A stretch of DNA of 63,896 bases, the filler included, from Folioceros fuciformis (lineage: Eukaryota), in the NCBI GenBank assembly GCA_049999805.1. It is 10 parts of 10 records of this genome, joined end to end, with 100 filler letters (N's around TTAATTAATTAA, not from the genome) between each part and the next. Parts side by side here need not be neighbours in the genome. Positions count along the whole stretch, not along the records: positions 11,229 to 14,604 come from JBNGIO010001051.1; positions 14,705 to 18,306 come from JBNGIO010001052.1; positions 18,407 to 34,662 come from JBNGIO010001053.1; 7 more parts are not named here. One strand, given 5' to 3'. Position 1 is the first letter of the stretch. Every line of letters starts with the position of its first letter. The notes beneath the pieces were generated by a model. It searched no databases, had not been told where the DNA came from, and was given only the letters and a program-made list of their open reading frames with translations. A program made the position numbers and the translations under genes. Shown piece after piece: positions 11,229-22,741 of the stretch.

Positions 11229-12445
11229 GTTCAGAGTAACTGCAACCATGTCATCTTCCGTCACACTTGCACCGATTGTAGCAAGCTGATCAGCTATGGT
11301 CTTCACCTCTGTTGTATACACGAGTATGGATCTGCTACCTTGTGACAAGTTGTTGAACTGCTGCTTCAACTGGATTTTCCTAGCATGTGTGACATTTCCA
11401 TAGTTCCTCATGAGTATGTCCCATGCATCCTTCGGAGACTCACATCCTGTGATCTGTATGACCATAACATCTGAAATGCTTAAGGAGAGCCAGTGTAACA
11501 CTTTACATGCTCTCAGTCCAATGCTTGTGAGCAGTCTTTTGCTCGTGTGATGGAGTACGATCCATCTCTGGTTCACTCTCATCACCTGTGCAGAGGTCCC
11601 AATAGCCTCTACCTTCCAAGAAGTTCTTCATCCTGAACTTCCACAAAGCAAAATTCTTGTTATCCAACTTCTCTCCCACGAACTGAGAGACATTGTCTGA
11701 TCCCTGCACATTAGCCATGATTCAGGCTCCTTTACGCACCAACACTTGTCCTGCAACTCCCTGCACTGCTATAGAGCTCCAGCACTCCACAAGCCTCAAT
11801 CAAATCTCAACAATTCCTAAATGTGCAGCTGACTCTTCGCTAAGCAAAAAACAGCCTTTGCTCAAGCTTTCAAAAAACAAAAAAAACAAAACACTGTTTG
11901 CCAAGTTCAGGCCTTCCTCGTCGCAAATCCCGGGCCTGCTGTGGCTTCCACGGCCTGGTTGCCTCCAGTAGTTGCTGCTCCTCCTGAGTCTCTCTCCCTC
12001 TTGCGCCTCTCGTGCGCTCTTGCGCTTGTAGCGCCTGTTGCGGCTTCCTATGCCACCTACGCCATTGCGCCTCCTGTGCCTCTCAATGGCTTGTGTTGCC
12101 AGCCACCTTCACGCTCACGGCCATAGCCTCAAACCCCCGCCATAGCCATCGGTGGCACCGGCACTCTCTCTGGCTCTGATACCATGTTGAAATAGCACCA
12201 CAGGCCTAGAAGGACTCCACAGTTCCTTACTGATGGTGCATAGGATGCTACATATATAGCCTTCAAGCGGGGCAACCCTCGATAAGGTAAGCCTTAGTCT
12301 CGAGGGTGCAATATCCTAGTATATCTTGATATATCATGATAACACTTAGGTGATAGATAACTACGAGTTCAATATGGGATAATCTACACTATCCTAAGTG
12401 TTGTATGCTCTTAATAACAATTCAGTTAGAGCTTGATTTCTAACA
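11229..12445 (-). mobile_element. Ty1/copia element 5' end: LTR 12185-12445 (TG...CA), tRNA-iMet PBS 12171-12184, frameshifted gag
   Basis: PBS TGGTATCAGAGCCA on the minus strand abuts the LTR. Gag reads EKLDNKNFALWKFRMKNFLEGRGYWD..SPKDAWDILMRNY..RKIQLKQQF. The LTR nearly matches 17132-17392. Confidence 0.93.
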
Positions 12446-14604
12446 ATCTTGAGTCTTCCTCAAGTTCATGTTACATTTGCTCCTTCTGACATCAATCCTG
12501 AACCTCGGACTTACCATGAAGCCATATAAGGAGTTGATAGACTCCACTGGATTCCCTCCACCAAAGAGGAGTATGATTCCCTTGTTAAAAATAACACTTG
12601 GGGGCTATGTCCTATGCCATCAGGACTCAAGGTTGTTAGTTGTAAATGGGTTTTTAAACACAAACTCAATGCGAGTGGTGAGATAGCCATATACAAATCT
12701 CGTCTTGTGGCCCACGATTTTTCTCAAGTCCCTGGTGTTGACTTCACAGAAACCTTTAGTCCCATGGTTAAGACTCAATCCATCCGTATGATCCTGGCCC
12801 TAGCCGCAGCAAATGCTGGGATCTGCAGTAGATGGATGTCTACATAGCATTTCTCTATGGAGAATTAGAGGAAGATATTTATATGGAGCAACCCGAAGGG
12901 TTTGTTGATTTTGATCACCCCTATTGGGTTTGCCATCTTAAGAAAACCATATATGGCCTCAAATAGTCTGCACGAGAATGGTACAAGACCATTGATGCTT
13001 ACCTGAAATCCATTGGCTTTATACAAAATCCTGGTGATGCTAACGTATACATCTACTCCAAGGATGGACATATATTCATACTTGCCTTGTATGTAGACGA
13101 CGCCATTCTTGCATCTGATGATCCGAAGCTATTAGCATGGGTTAAAGACATGCTCAGGCAAAAGTTTCATATGAAGGACATTGGGGCACTTACCTATGTG
13201 CTTGGTGTTCAGCTTGTTTGAGATCCTTCTAGTCATTCTCTTATGCTGCATTAGGCCAAGTATATTGCTGAAACTCTTTACGGTTTCAATCTCTTTGATG
13301 CTCGGCTCGTGTCCACTCTTGGTGTTCCAGGAGCTCTTGGTTCCAGGAGCTTTCTCTTGAGCAGTGCCCACATACAGATGCTGAGCGAGAGGTTATGTCT
13401 CTCATTCCTTATAGACATGCCGTGGGCTCTCTTAATTACCTCAGTTGCTGGACTCGTCCTGATATCCAGTTTGCTGTTAGCTCTGCTTCCTAGTTCCTGG
13501 ACAATCCTGGCCAAGCACACTAGGGGGTAGTTAAGCGCATTCTTCATTACTTACGGGGCACCATGAATCACGGCATCTGCTTCAGGGGGCGAGTTGACGA
13601 GAAACTTACTTTGAGTGGCTATGCCGACGCAGATTGGGCCACTGACCCTGACTCTCGTCGAAGCATCTCTACCTATTCTTTCATGTTGTCTCGCGCTGCT
13701 ATCCACTAGACTTCCAAGAAGCAGGTCTTGGTCACACTGTCTTCCATAGAAGTAGAGTACAAAGCCTTGACCTAGGCAGCTAAGGAGGCAGTTTGGGAGC
13801 AATGCTTTATGGAAGGTCTTGGGTTTCCCCAGTCACAGCCAACTCCTATACACTGTGACAACATGTCCACCATTGCTATGACCACTAACCCTCGCTTCCA
13901 TGCTCGCATAAAGCATATAGAAGTGTAGCATCATTTTATTAGGCATTATGTAGGTCAATAGCAGGTGAGGATTCAGTATGTTTCCACTGATTTGAACACC
14001 GCAGACCTACTGACAAAGAATCTACCCGCTAACAAGCATCATTTGCACAAGGAGGCTATGGGCATTAAAGCTTGCCCGGATACCACTTAGCTGCTCCACT
14101 TCAGCTATAGAGCATGGTGGATGAATCTTAACTTCCATTAGGTCGCATGCTCTAGCAGTTTTCTGTAGGTGGTCGATTACTCCTCTGGAAGTAGCGAACT
14201 AGCAGCGACAAGCTTGAAGTGGTCCATCAGTGTTTCCTCCTCACCTCGTGCTTGTTCTCCAGCTCGCAACTTGCAAACGAGATCCAGAGCCGGCACTCCC
14301 AACTCGCAACTTGCCATCTCTGCTCTATTGCAAATTCTCTCCACTAGTTGTGGCGCAGTTGGCGTGCTCTTCATCTTGTCCGTCCTCTGCTTCTTTGTCT
14401 TTCTTCCTCCCAAAGATATTGATACAAGAAGAATACTGCAATGGTGAACGTGCATAGTGACAAGCACTGAAATAGAGAGCTTGCCATAGCGCCGACCACA
14501 CTATGTCTGATCTATTTGCGTGCTTCGTTTACGGGGGCGTGTTAGGATAAACCCTGCTCCATTCCGTTAGGGTTTATGTCTTATAAACGTATTAGCAGGT
14601 AGAG
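12446..14604 (+). mobile_element. Decayed Ty1/copia RT-RNaseH with PPT and start of the 3' LTR (about 14540)
   Basis: KVVSCKWVFKHK..YKSRLVA..GVDFTETFSP, LALYVDD, GYADADWA, HCDNMSTIA..FHARIKHIEV; many stop codons; acgggggcg followed by TGTTAGG. Confidence 0.92.
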
Positions 14605-14744
14605 NNNNNNNNNNNNNNNNNNNNNNNNNNNNNNNNNNNNNNNNNNNNTTAATTAATTAANNNNNNNNNNNNNNNNNNNNNNNNNNNNNNNNNNNNNNNN
14701 NNNNTCCTCTCCTACACTTGCACGTAGACTGGAGTCGATCCTAT

Positions 14745-15290
14745 TGACATGCTGGACATGAAATGTACAATTTCCTAGATGGGTATTCTGGTTACAATCG
14801 GATCACACTGCGGGAGGAGGATCGTGATAAGACAACTTTCACAACTGATTGGGGGACCTACGCCTACACCAAGCTGCCTTTTGAGCTCTACAATGCTCCA
14901 GCAACTTTCCAGTGGGTGGTGAATACCATTTTCAAGGAGTTCCTTCAGAAGTTCATGGAGGTGTTCTTGGATGACTTTTGTGTCTTTGGGAGGAGGGCCC
15001 TACACTTGGAACAACTGAGGAAGTGCTTGTAGAGGTGTAGGGAGACTAACCTCAAGTTGCATCCGGGGAAGTGTTTCTTTTGTATGACGGAGGGTATCTT
15101 GCTAGCCCATAGAGTTTCAGCTAGGGGGTTGCAAGTCGACTTGGAAAAGGTGAAGATCATCTCAAAGATGGACGCACCTCAAAGCGTGAGACAGGTTAGA
15201 GCCTTCATTGGGTTGGTGGGCTACTACAAGAGATTCATTAAGGATTTTGCTAAGAAGGCTGCAGCTTTGACCCAGCTAACGAAGAAGGAT
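14745..15290 (+). mobile_element. Ty3/gypsy reverse transcriptase fragment
   Basis: YNFLDGYSGYNRI..DKTTFTTDWGTYAY..LPFELYNAPATFQ..MEVFLDDF..KCFF..VRAFIGLVGYYKRFIKDFAK. Confidence 0.93.
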
Positions 15291-16457
15291 GTCCTGCAGG
15301 ATTGCCCAATAGAACAGTCTGGTGTCTAGATACTGGCGAATAGGACTCAAATGAGTTTTGTTGTGACAGATGTGTGACATGGCTCCACTGTCCAAGTACC
15401 AATTTGGGTTTGTTGACTTTGATGATGCCAAACATACGCTGAGAGCTAATGGTGTTGTGGAAGATTGTTTCTTCACAACAACATCAGCTTCAGGTGTGGC
15501 CTCCTTTCTAGGCTCGCCATTCTTTTTCTTATAACAGTCCTTATCCATGTGATTTGGGATCCTGCACCAATTACAAATGATGCCTTTCTTCTTGGTACCT
15601 CTGGTAGGTGTTGAAGAAGAAGTCTCTTGTCTTCGAGAGTTGTCATTGGAACTCTAGGGTCGTTGGAAAGTAGAAACCTTGGCCTCTGCCTCGTCCTCTT
15701 CCATTGCTCCTTCTAGTGAACATCACATGTTGCTTATTGGTTCTGGAGTGTCGCCAACATGATTTCTCTTTAGTGCTCCTATGAGTTTGGCGATGCTGAG
15801 CTTAATGTCCACTTGTGGATTCTTGTTTGCCTCCCTTCTTGCATTACACAAGACAGCATTTTGAGTTGTGACAAAAGCTCTATATGACAGCGGCAAAGAA
15901 GATAGAAGGATAACATATGCTTCCAACTCATGGACAAGGATGCCACTTGCAGCTTCAAGTTGAGATCTTGCCAATTGAAAAACACTTATATGGTTTTTAA
16001 TGGAATCAGACTCCTTAATTTGAAGATTGCAAAAATTACGGGAGGCGGCAACGATACTCATAACATCCATTGAGGAGTATAGTTGAGCAAGGTGAGTCCA
16101 CATGTTGTGGGAGATCTTTGCATGACCCACTTGTATCACCATCTACTCCGAAAGTCCACTAATGATAAGGTCTTGCACCTTCTCGTCCCTGGCATCCTAG
16201 GAGGTTCAAAGGTGTGCTTCAAAACCTTTAGTGGGTTTGGGAAGTCTTCCTTCGACTATTTCCCAGAGATCTTGTTGTCGTAAGGCTCCTTTCATCTGTA
16301 TAGCCCAAACATAATAATTCTTTCCATTGAACTTGTCCTTCTCTTTAAAGTTGTCATCATAATGATTAATCAAAGTATGCTTAGTATATCCAGGAGGATC
16401 CATCCTGAGTGTGTTTGGTGATGTTGAGACTTCTTCGGAGTTAAATACTCCAGCCAT
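15291..16457 (-). mobile_element. Ty1/copia gag-protease fragment (degenerate)
   Basis: KDKFNGKNYYVWAIQMKGALRQQDLWEIVEG, LLSSLPLSYRAFV, zinc knuckle CNWCRIPNHMDKDCYKK, protease motif WYLDSGAMSHIC. Confidence 0.9.
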
Positions 16458-17131
16458 AAAAGGCGATCAATAGGACTAAGCTTTGGCGGTACAACTTTTC
16501 ATCTTCTCTATTGCATGCTCAAAACTCCTCCCTTTCGTGATAACCTACATTAAGAGATGATGACCTACTTGGAAATTCCTGCACATTTATAAACTTAGAG
16601 AGACTGGACACCTTTGTCCTTAGTTCAGTTAGCTCTCCCTTGAGATTAAGATGTTGGATTCTAAGAGATGATAGTTGTCTATCTAACAAATTATGGAGGT
16701 AAATGCAAAGGAATTATATTAAAATTTACATTATTGGTTCAAGAAAAGAGACTTGGTTTATAAAACATGAAACTCAACTTAAACTAATTGAAACATTGTA
16801 GCTGTTCATCACTTAAATATTCTAAACATACCTCTACATATCTTATCTTAAGAGCACAAACCCTTTAATCATTATCAGCACTAGTTATCATTTCTCCCAC
16901 TTGCTTATTAAGATTCAAGGACAGTCGTAGCCGCTATGAGCTATCCTTTGAGCTTCAGATCCGCAAAAGAGCCACCGCTGCAGAGTAAGCATTTCGTTGC
17001 GCCAACACCTCTCCATGGCACCTTTGGATATGATGGAGTGCAATAACAGCTCAAAATCGGGGCCTAAATACAGGTTTGCTCCCATACTTATTCTCCTTTA
17101 CACCCTCAGCATCACATTCATAAGACTTTTG

Positions 17132-18306
17132 TGTTGAAATAACACCACAGGCCTAGAGGGACTCCACAGTTCCTTACTTATGGTGCACAAGATGCTACAT
17201 ATATAGCCTTCAGGCGGGGCAACCCTCTATAAGGTAAGCCTTAGTCTCGAGGGTGCAATGTCCTAGTATATCTTGATATATCATGATAACACTTAGGTGA
17301 TAGATAACTACGAGTTCAATATGGGATAATCTACACTATCCTAAGTGTTGTATGCTCTTAATAACAATTCAGTTAGAGCTTGATTTCTAACACTCCCCCT
17401 CAAGCTCAGACTATTTGTAACACTCCAAGTAGTTCACGAAAGTGTAAGAACTTATCTCTACCTAGCGACTTAGGAAAGATATCTGCTACCTGGTCTTCGG
17501 TCTTCACGTGCCGAAGATCTATCTTCTCAGATAATACCGCTTCCCTGATGAAGTGATAATGTACTTCTATGTGCTTCGAACGAGCATGAAACACAAGATT
17601 AGTAGCCAACCTCATGCTACTCATGTTGTCACAGTAGATTATAACCTTGTTGTTCACTATATTTCCAAGATCATGTAGCAACTTCTGCAACCAAGCTACT
17701 TCACAGGCTACCATTGCAGCTCCTCGATACTCTGCTTCTGTGCTTGACAAAGCAATTGTCAGTTGTTTCTTGCTTTGCCAGCTTATCATACTACTTCCTA
17801 GACTGAATGCATATCCACTGGTTGATCTTCTGTCATACGCACAACCAGCCCAATCAGCATCTGTATATCCTGTCAGTTCAAGATGCTTCCTATGCTCATA
17901 GAGCAATCCAAACTCAGTAGTTCCTTTCACATATCTCACATTCTTCTAACTGCATCCAAGTGCGGTTTCCTTGGGTTCTGCATGAATTGACTAATCAGTC
18001 CCACTGCATAACTTAAGTCAGGACGTGTGATAGTCAAGTAGATCAAACTTTCGACCATCTGTCGATACATAGTCACATTTTCCAGCTCAGCTCCTACATG
18101 CATTTGCAGCTTGACATTCTGCTCCAATGGTGTATCCATCGCTTTGCAATCTACCAAGCCATACTTCTGCAACATATCCTTAGCATATTGTTTTTGGAAT
18201 AGCCAGATTCCTTGAGGTGTAGACACAACCTCAATTCCTAAGAAGTATTTGAGTTCACCAAGATCCTTCACCTTGAACTCTTTTTGCAGATTCGCCTTGA
18301 CATCTG
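17132..18306 (-). mobile_element. Ty1/copia 3' end: RT-RNaseH, PPT and 3' LTR (17132-17392)
   Basis: KDLGELKYFLGIEV..TRPDLSYAVG..GYTDADWAGCAYDRRSTSGY..SSTEAEY..YCDNMS..KHIEVHYHFIRE; PPT TGAGGGGGAG; 261-bp LTR of the same family as 12185-12445. Confidence 0.95.
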
Positions 18307-18406
18307 NNNNNNNNNNNNNNNNNNNNNNNNNNNNNNNNNNNNNNNNNNNNTTAATTAATTAANNNNNNNNNNNNNNNNNNNNNNNNNNNNNNNNNNNNNN
18401 NNNNNN

Positions 18407-21261
18407 GGCTAGGAACAACCAGGATCGTGTCACAAGCAGACCTACGGCAACACTGGCGTTGCACAGATCCTCAAATTTTCCAGTCAGACAAGAACTACCC
18501 TACCTTCGTTCTCCAGCCTTGAGAAATCCTTTCTTCCCAGATTTGCACAGGAACAGCGTGCCCTATACCTGTGCATCAAGCCTGGTTAGGTCAGGAAGGC
18601 AGAGAACAGCAAGCTTCTCTGAGACAGACAAATTTCAAACTCTACGTCTTTCACCTGCAGAGTTGAATAGAATTTTGGGTCCTCTGCAAGAGCAATTGCT
18701 GGAAGACATAAACAGGGTTGAGAATACCACCTGGCTCAGGACAAGGGAAATTCTGACCAGCATTGACGTTGTCAGGATCCAATTGGAGCTGGTGACAGAA
18801 AGGCTGAATTGCATCCTTAGGCTGGAAGGCAAATATGTCGTTCACGGTCTGGAAGGCAACTCCCTTAGTCAAGGCTCCTGCTGCATGGCTAAACCCCATC
18901 CACCCTCCTGCACCAGATCACAAATCCCTGGATCAGGAGTGCTAGATCTGAAACGACACAAAAGGAAATTGAAACGTCGCGTCTGAGAAACGAGACGACA
19001 TCAGCAGAATCGCGGCCAACTTTTGGTGTAGCTATCCGCGATCTGCAGCCATCCTTGGCAACCTGATCTGCAGCAGCCCGATCCAGAATGATCCTGCAGC
19101 AACTCGATCAGCAATTCTCAGCCACGATCCCTAGCCGCGATCCTCAGCGGCACCATCTCAGCGATCCGTGACATCAGGAGGACTTTGCAGTCATCGGGAT
19201 ACGCGTTCCTTCTCGTGGCCATCTGGGCGTCGGCAGGCGTATCTCCTATCTCCAGGCGTCGGCAGTCCACGAAACCCTTGACTTCTTTGCACAAGGATAA
19301 AAATAAGGCTGCCTTGCCCACGTTTTCTCCATGGAGGAGAACACAGATTCGCTGCCAGATTCCGTCATAGATCATGGCGTCGCTGGGGTTCTCTTTGGCA
19401 GACCAGCAGCGACCGACGCTTCCACAGCAAACCCCGTGTCCCTTTTCCAGGCTTTTGCAAGATTTGCAGGCTTCAATTCCTTGGGGACGCAGACCCCTAC
19501 CAGATCGCCTTCCACCGGAGCCGCCTCCACATTGCTAGGTCCCAGAGCCGCTGCCTCCACATCGCGAGGGTCTGAAGCCGCCGCATCCACTTCCACTTCT
19601 GCCCCAAGCACAGGGCCCGCAAATCCCCTACCAACACAAGGAGTTGGAGTTGGGAATCCTCTGGCCAGCCAGGGAGCAGGATTCGCCCCTCCTCTGTCTT
19701 CATTTGGAGTCGGATCTGGGTACCCCTATGCTAGACAAGAAGGCGGTTTTGGAGCGGGTCCTCCACCTCTATGACTGTTTGGAGCAGGACTCGATAACCC
19801 AGGCATAGGTTTTAGTAACCTAGGAGGGGGACTCGGTGCCAGCTTTGGGAGTGGTTTGGGAGCAGGTCCTCTTCCTAACCCTTACCAGCAAGTCCTCCAG
19901 CCCGGCGGTCTGCCTCCTCTTCCTCCATATCCTCCACCGGGAGGTGTCGGCCTTCAAGGTTTACTTCCCTACGCAGCACTGACCTATCAGCCTTCCTACA
20001 CAATCGAGTTCAAAGAAAAAGATAGGTTTAACGGGAATAAGTACCCTATTTGGAGCGTCCGTATGCCAGCCGCTCTTGAAGCCCGCCATGTCTGGAGTGT
20101 AGTGAGTGGGCAGTCTCCTCAACCTGCTGTCAATGCCAGCCAAATCGACAAGGATAGATGGGACAACGCCAACAATGTGGCGCGTGCCCTGTTGATTAGT
20201 GGCCTTGATGAGGTTCTGGTTCCTAATGTTGCTTTCCTGCTCAAGGCCGTGGACATCTGGAATCAGCTTTCACAAACTTATGATGTGAAAAACATACTGA
20301 CACTGGTAGCAGTTCGAAGCGAGTTCTTTTCTCTTCGAATGCGGGATAGCGATAAAGTAGCAGCTTTTGTGGCTAAGTTTCGACACTTACGTTCACAGCT
20401 TACCTCGCTTGGCTCCCCTATGACAGATCTTGATGCTGTCGCCACTTCTCTCAAGCTGTCAGCCTGAAGGCTGACAACTTAAGACGACGCAGATTGGGCC
20501 ACCGATCCCGATCACCGCCTCAATCTCTCTGCCTATTGTTTCCTCTTGTCAGGTGCAGCTGTTAACTGGAGCTCCAAGAAATAAGTTTCAGTAGCGTTGT
20601 CCTCAACCGAGGCAGAATACAAGGCGCTTACAGATGCAGCCAAGGAGGCTGAGTGGGAACGCTCTTTCCTTGGTGGTTTGAACTTTGTGCAGAAGGACCC
20701 TACTGTGGTTTATTGTGACAATATGTCCACTATTGCCTTGGTGGGGAATCCGCGCTTCCACGCTCGGACCAAGCACATCGAGATACATCACCACTTTGTT
20801 CGACACTCAGTGGAGAGGAAGGTGGTTAGCATTGACCACGTCCCCATCGAGCTGAATACTGCGGATATGCTCACTAAAAGTCTACCCACGCTGAAGCATA
20901 ACTTCCATGCTGAAGCTCTCGGTCTGGTGGACTACATAACCTTCCAGCCCTAGCAACAGACAACACCAAGATGGTTCGGCCGGATGAAGCTTTGCTGCTC
21001 TACCTAATCGACCGTCCTCACTCCGTGCTAAATGTCTATCACCTAACCAATGCCGTGGTTAAGGGGCTGTGTTAGAAATAACCCCCGTTAGGGTTATGTA
21101 TTTGTAACCAGCATCATAGTTAGTATAGTTTAGGTTAATTATCCAAAGGTCACTTAGAGTGATATATAAGACAATCTTTCCTTTGTAATTATTGATTCTT
21201 TATTCATTGTTGTTTTGTACAATGCAATGGCTGCTTTGCCTAGCAACTTGCATTCTTCACA
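18407..21261 (+). mobile_element. Internally deleted Ty1/copia element: extra 5' ORF, Gly/Pro-extended gag joined directly to RNaseH, PPT, 3' LTR (~21070-21261)
   Basis: Gag 19331-20467 (one internal stop) contains KDRFNGNKYPIWSVRM..ALEARHVWSVVSG..LRMRDSDKV. Immediately after come DADWA..SSTEAEYKAL..YCDNMS..RTKHIEIHHHFVR. Protease, integrase and RT are missing. Confidence 0.88.
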
Positions 21262-22741
21262 ACTGGAAAGCCTTCGAAACATACTCTCCTCCATTTTCTA
21301 TCCTTAGACACTTCAGTCAGAGGCCAGACTGATTCTCCACAAGAGTGACGAATTTCTAAAACACTTTTAGAACATCATCCTTTTTCCTCAAAGGATTTAC
21401 TCACACTTTGCGCGAGAAATCATCTATAAAAGTGACAAAATAGGATGCACCGCCTCATGATACAGTGGGCATAGGTCCACAAACGTCATTGTGAACCAAT
21501 TCAAGAGGTTTACTTTTGTGTTTACCTCTTGCTCCATGTTGTGACTTCATTTATTTCCCATACAAACAGTGCTCACACACGGAAAAATCAGAGAAGTCAA
21601 AAGCAGGGATGTAACCAAAATGAGATAAGATCTTCATTCCTTTTTGAGACATATGTCCTAACCGACAATGCCACAAGGAAACACTTGGCTATTCCGTTAC
21701 ACAAATCACATGATCCTTGACAGTGGTTACGTGAAGTGAGTACAAAGTGCCACACTTCGATCCACGAGCTAACACAAGAGAACCTTTGGAAATCTTCCAA
21801 GAATGATCCCCAAACCAACAGTTATAGCCAACGTCATCCAACTGCCCTGCGCTAATCAAGCTTTTTGTCAACTTCGTAACATGCCTAACATCCTTCAGAA
21901 TGAATGAAGATCCGTTGTTAAACTTTAGCTGCACATCACCAACGCCTACAATCTCGCATGCGAAGTTATTTCCAAGCCGAACACATTCTTTCCGAGTAAC
22001 ATCATAGATGCTAAACCATTCCCTATGCGGAGTAACATGGAAAGATGCTCTAGAGTCAATTATCCAATTAGAGAATAAGTGACTCTCCACAGCTGTCAGT
22101 TGTGCAGAATCGAAGGAAGAAGAGATAAGAACATCTCGATCATCAACAAAATTCACCTCATCATGCTTGATACTCGGACTTGCCTTGTTGTCGCTCTACT
22201 TCTTCTCCTTTCCTTTGTCCTTCTTGAACTTCTCGCAGTCCCTTCTCATGTGACCCTTTTTGTGACAATGGTAACACTCAACATTGTTATGACTACGAGA
22301 TTTGCTACGGGAAAGACTTCGCTCCTTGTACTTCCCCTTTGAAGTGGACCTTCCTCTCACCATGAGGGCATTCGTCCTGTTCACCTCCTTTGTTAACAGA
22401 CTACCTTCTACATTTACAATGGTAAGACCATTGGCAGGAGCGGAATTACTTAGAGCTGTACGAACGGTGTCCCAACTCTCTAGTAATGTGACCAACAAAA
22501 ACATAGCTCTCACGGAATCTGGGAACGAGATACCTTGAGATGAGAGCTGGCTGAAAATGGTATTGAACTCATTTACATGATTGGACATCGTCGTCCTTTC
22601 CTTCATCTTCAAGTCCACCAACAGTTTCAACCAGTACACCTGAGAAGCCGCACTTTGCTTCTTATATAGGTCACACAACTTTTGCCATAGCTCGTAACTT
22701 ATGGTCTTATCTTTCACATTGAAGTAGACCGACTCCGATAA

